From: Candidatus Omnitrophota bacterium
GTDB lineage: Bacteria; Omnitrophota; Omnitrophia; Omnitrophales; Aquincolibacteriaceae
Length of the DNA: 64,000 nt
NCBI GenBank assembly: GCA_030698625.1
Contig: JAUYMS010000048.1
Span: forward strand, 21,879 to 85,878
Direction of reading: 5' to 3'
The notes below the pieces were generated by a model. It had not been told where the DNA came from. It saw only the letters and a list, made by a program, of their open reading frames with translations, and ran no database searches. Positions 46,401-47,366 of the stretch are shown one piece after another. Within the stretch, counting starts at the first letter, position 1, and every line of letters starts with the position of its first letter. The position numbers and the translations under genes are program-made.

Positions 46401-47366
46401 AAATCCGCGGCGAAATACGAAGGCCGCTTCGAGAAACGAATCATTAATGTAGAAGCCGTGAACCGCTCCGAGCTGCGGACCGCTACGGCTGAAGTCGCAT
46501 TGCAGACTCCGTGGGAGACTGAATTTGCCGATGCATTGCGTGCGATCGAGAACGTGTTGTGGGGCCGTTACGAGATTACGCGCGAAGTCACGGTGATTGC
46601 CGCACGCCTCATTTTGCCGATTATTCCGCAGGACGTGCTGAATGCCGGGCGCGTGCGTGAATTCCTCGAGGCCGATCTGTTCGGGCCGCAGTCGCGTGCC
46701 CTCGCGGCCGTCACCGGTATCGATACCTTCTCGGATCAGGCGCAGGCGAATCTGGCGCAAGCGGCGATCAATATCCGTCTTCTGGATCGAGTGCCCGAGA
46801 ATTCCCGCTACCTTGTCGGGATCGAAAAGATTCTTGCGGACCAACCGGGTCTTTACCTTCGTGCGATTGTGGTGGACGGGGACGAAGCGCAGGTGCGAGC
46901 CGCGGGCGATTTGAATCGTGCCTTCACATATGGCTACCCGCATTTGGCTAATCGGTTCCGGATTGATGTGGTCTCTGAAAGGAGATTGAGTGCCGCTGTC
47001 CAGGAAACGATAGAAGAGACGCATAAGAATGTCCGGGCAACCGAGGCGATTTCCACAGAGGAGCTTCTGGATCGCGCCACCCTTTCGAGTGTGCGCGAGG
47101 AGTGGCTAGAGCGTGTTCTTGTTCAGGCTAAGTGGCGGGTTTATGACAATGTCGAAGAAACGCGTTTGGGCGAGGAGCTTGTCGGGATTCAACTTGAAGC
47201 CCTCCTAGCGGCCGACCACCTTGATGCCGAATTGCTCAAACAACTTGAAGGTCGGCAAAAAGAGCGTCATATTACTCGTCAGGATCTTTATAATGCCGTG
47301 GATGAGGTTGCCGCGAATCTTTGGGAAGCCTATCTCGGCGATCGTAAGTTTTACGAAGCAGCCTAA
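16455..47366 (+). CDS. Giant 10,303-aa modular membrane-anchored mega-protein built of enzyme-like domains separated by RSELR motifs
   Basis: 30,912 nt with no stop codon in one frame. Consistent codon structure throughout, and only short spurious ORFs on the opposite strand. N-terminal signal/TM anchor. Domains are recognisable by direct motif alignment (see domain features). Confidence 0.9.
   Translation: [10303 protein letters not shown]
16506..16562 (+). other. N-terminal signal peptide / signal-anchor helix of the giant protein
   Basis: [21 protein letters not shown]: positive n-region, hydrophobic core, AWS-AP possible signal peptidase site. Confidence 0.6.
16700..18010 (+). other. 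TraB/GumN/TIKI-like domain (module 1)
   Basis: [15 protein letters not shown] resembles the TraB GTAHV block. C-terminal [13 protein letters not shown] resembles the TraB-family GxGH block. Confidence 0.35.
19200..19900 (+). other. Calcineurin-like (PPP-type) metallophosphoesterase domain (module 2)
   Basis: Ordered motifs TDYHG (GDxHG-like), GDYVDRG (GDxxDRG) and GNHE in canonical spacing. Confidence 0.6.
21850..23300 (+). other. PEP synthase / pyruvate-phosphate-dikinase-like ATP-grasp nucleotide-binding domain plus phosphohistidine (PEP-utilizers mobile) domain; no C-terminal PEP/pyruvate TIM barrel (module 3)
   Basis: [29 protein letters not shown] aligns to PPDK [52 protein letters not shown]...[11 protein letters not shown] aligns to VQAMVFGN.G.TSGTGV.FTRNP...LYMLQ.[22 protein letters not shown] aligns to TSHAAVVARGWGKCCV, so the phospho-His is retained. 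[14 protein letters not shown] aligns to GDWLSLDGSTGEV. No GLCRTEHMF-type barrel follows. Confidence 0.7.
24345..24389 (+). repeat. 45-nt direct repeat copy A (encodes [15 protein letters not shown])
   Basis: tcggaattgcgcgaggcagggaccgcgatgcggtccgagctgcgc is 43/45 identical to copy B at 26424-26468, with a 41-nt perfect core. Confidence 0.9.
24650..26220 (+). other. Two protein-kinase-like (APH/RIO/Kdo-kinase-like) motif blocks within module 4
   Basis: [32 protein letters not shown] and [32 protein letters not shown] resemble the HGDLHPGNILV...IDW catalytic-loop / DFG-like arrangement. Weak. Confidence 0.25.
26424..26468 (+). repeat. 45-nt direct repeat copy B (encodes [15 protein letters not shown])
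   Basis: tccgaattgcgcgaggcagggaccgcgatgcggtccgagctgcgt, 2079 nt downstream of copy A in the same frame. Confidence 0.9.
27300..27960 (+). other. Glu/Leu/Phe/Val dehydrogenase-like domain, NAD(P)-binding part (module 5)
   Basis: [17 protein letters not shown] aligns to GDH [32 protein letters not shown]...[23 protein letters not shown] aligns to KTFVVQGFGNVG...VGESDGSIWNPDGID. The upstream GGxKGG catalytic-Lys motif is not evident. Confidence 0.6.
29100..29760 (+). other. M50 (site-2-protease)-like transmembrane HExxH metalloprotease-like block (module 6, N-terminal part)
   Basis: Hydrophobic helix [18 protein letters not shown] directly followed by HERGH (nt 29343-29357). Downstream AAAGPAAS (cf. 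M50 AGPxxN) and a further helix ending AFLDRL (cf. LDG). 3-4 TM helices. Confidence 0.4.
29900..30800 (+). other. Enolase C-terminal TIM-barrel domain (module 6, C-terminal part); no enolase N-terminal capping domain
   Basis: Colinear match to enolase: GGVHT/[153 protein letters not shown]. All barrel catalytic and metal residues are conserved. The first ~140 aa of enolase are absent. Confidence 0.75.
31760..32700 (+). other. Glucosamine-6-phosphate deaminase (NagB)-like domain (module 7, N-terminal half)
   Basis: IQIPTGSTP (LPTGGTP), FNLDEYVGL (FNMDEYVGL), [24 protein letters not shown] ([25 protein letters not shown]), [24 protein letters not shown]. Confidence 0.8.
32920..33500 (+). other. 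LmbE/PIG-L-like deacetylase domain (module 7, C-terminal half); with the NagB part this gives a NagB-II-type architecture
   Basis: [13 protein letters not shown] (AHPDDE zinc motif) and DPHGAHGLG (HxxH) about 150 aa later. Confidence 0.6.
38460..39080 (+). other. DUF218 (YdcF/SanA/ElyC)-like domain (module 12)
   Basis: [35 protein letters not shown]...[19 protein letters not shown] resembles DUF218 VLGg....R...a..l...g....iivsGG...le..StnT.eNa. Confidence 0.35.
39250..40260 (+). other. D-isomer-specific 2-hydroxyacid dehydrogenase (PGDH/D-LDH-like) domain (module 13)
   Basis: [32 protein letters not shown] (substrate-binding domain signature), [18 protein letters not shown] (NAD-binding GxGxxG-like), [14 protein letters not shown] (Arg/Glu of catalytic triad), RSPHILAST (catalytic His). 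Confidence 0.75.

Larger units (their letters stand above)
18561..46478 (+). repeat. 18 dispersed in-frame copies of the pentapeptide motif RSELR (15 nt each) punctuating the giant ORF
   Basis: Codon start positions 18561, 21714, 24342, 24375, 26421, 26454, 29052, 31725, 33783, 35145, 36018, 38136, 38391, 39090, 41193, 42990, 43914, 46464, all in the ORF frame. Codons vary synonymously (R: cgn/agg/aga; S: tcn; E: gaa/gag; L: ctn/ttg), so the conservation is at protein level. Confidence 0.9.

Noticed and set aside
18561-46478. RSELR copies as a nucleotide-level repeat (IS remnant, REP element or CRISPR-like array)
   Set aside because: Codons differ at nearly every site and the spacing is irregular (85-1050 aa). 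Only the peptide is conserved, and all copies are in the single ORF frame.
16605-47024. Many antisense ORFs of 60-216 aa inside the giant gene (for example 16605-17159, 17187-17678, 18381-18974, 31302-31904, 42465-43037, 46374-47024)
   Set aside because: They lie opposite a continuous, clearly coding frame with recognisable enzyme domains. Their translations are Arg/Ser/Pro-rich nonsense typical of GC-rich antisense frames. Two of them (24263-24472, 26402-26677) merely mirror the 45-nt duplication.
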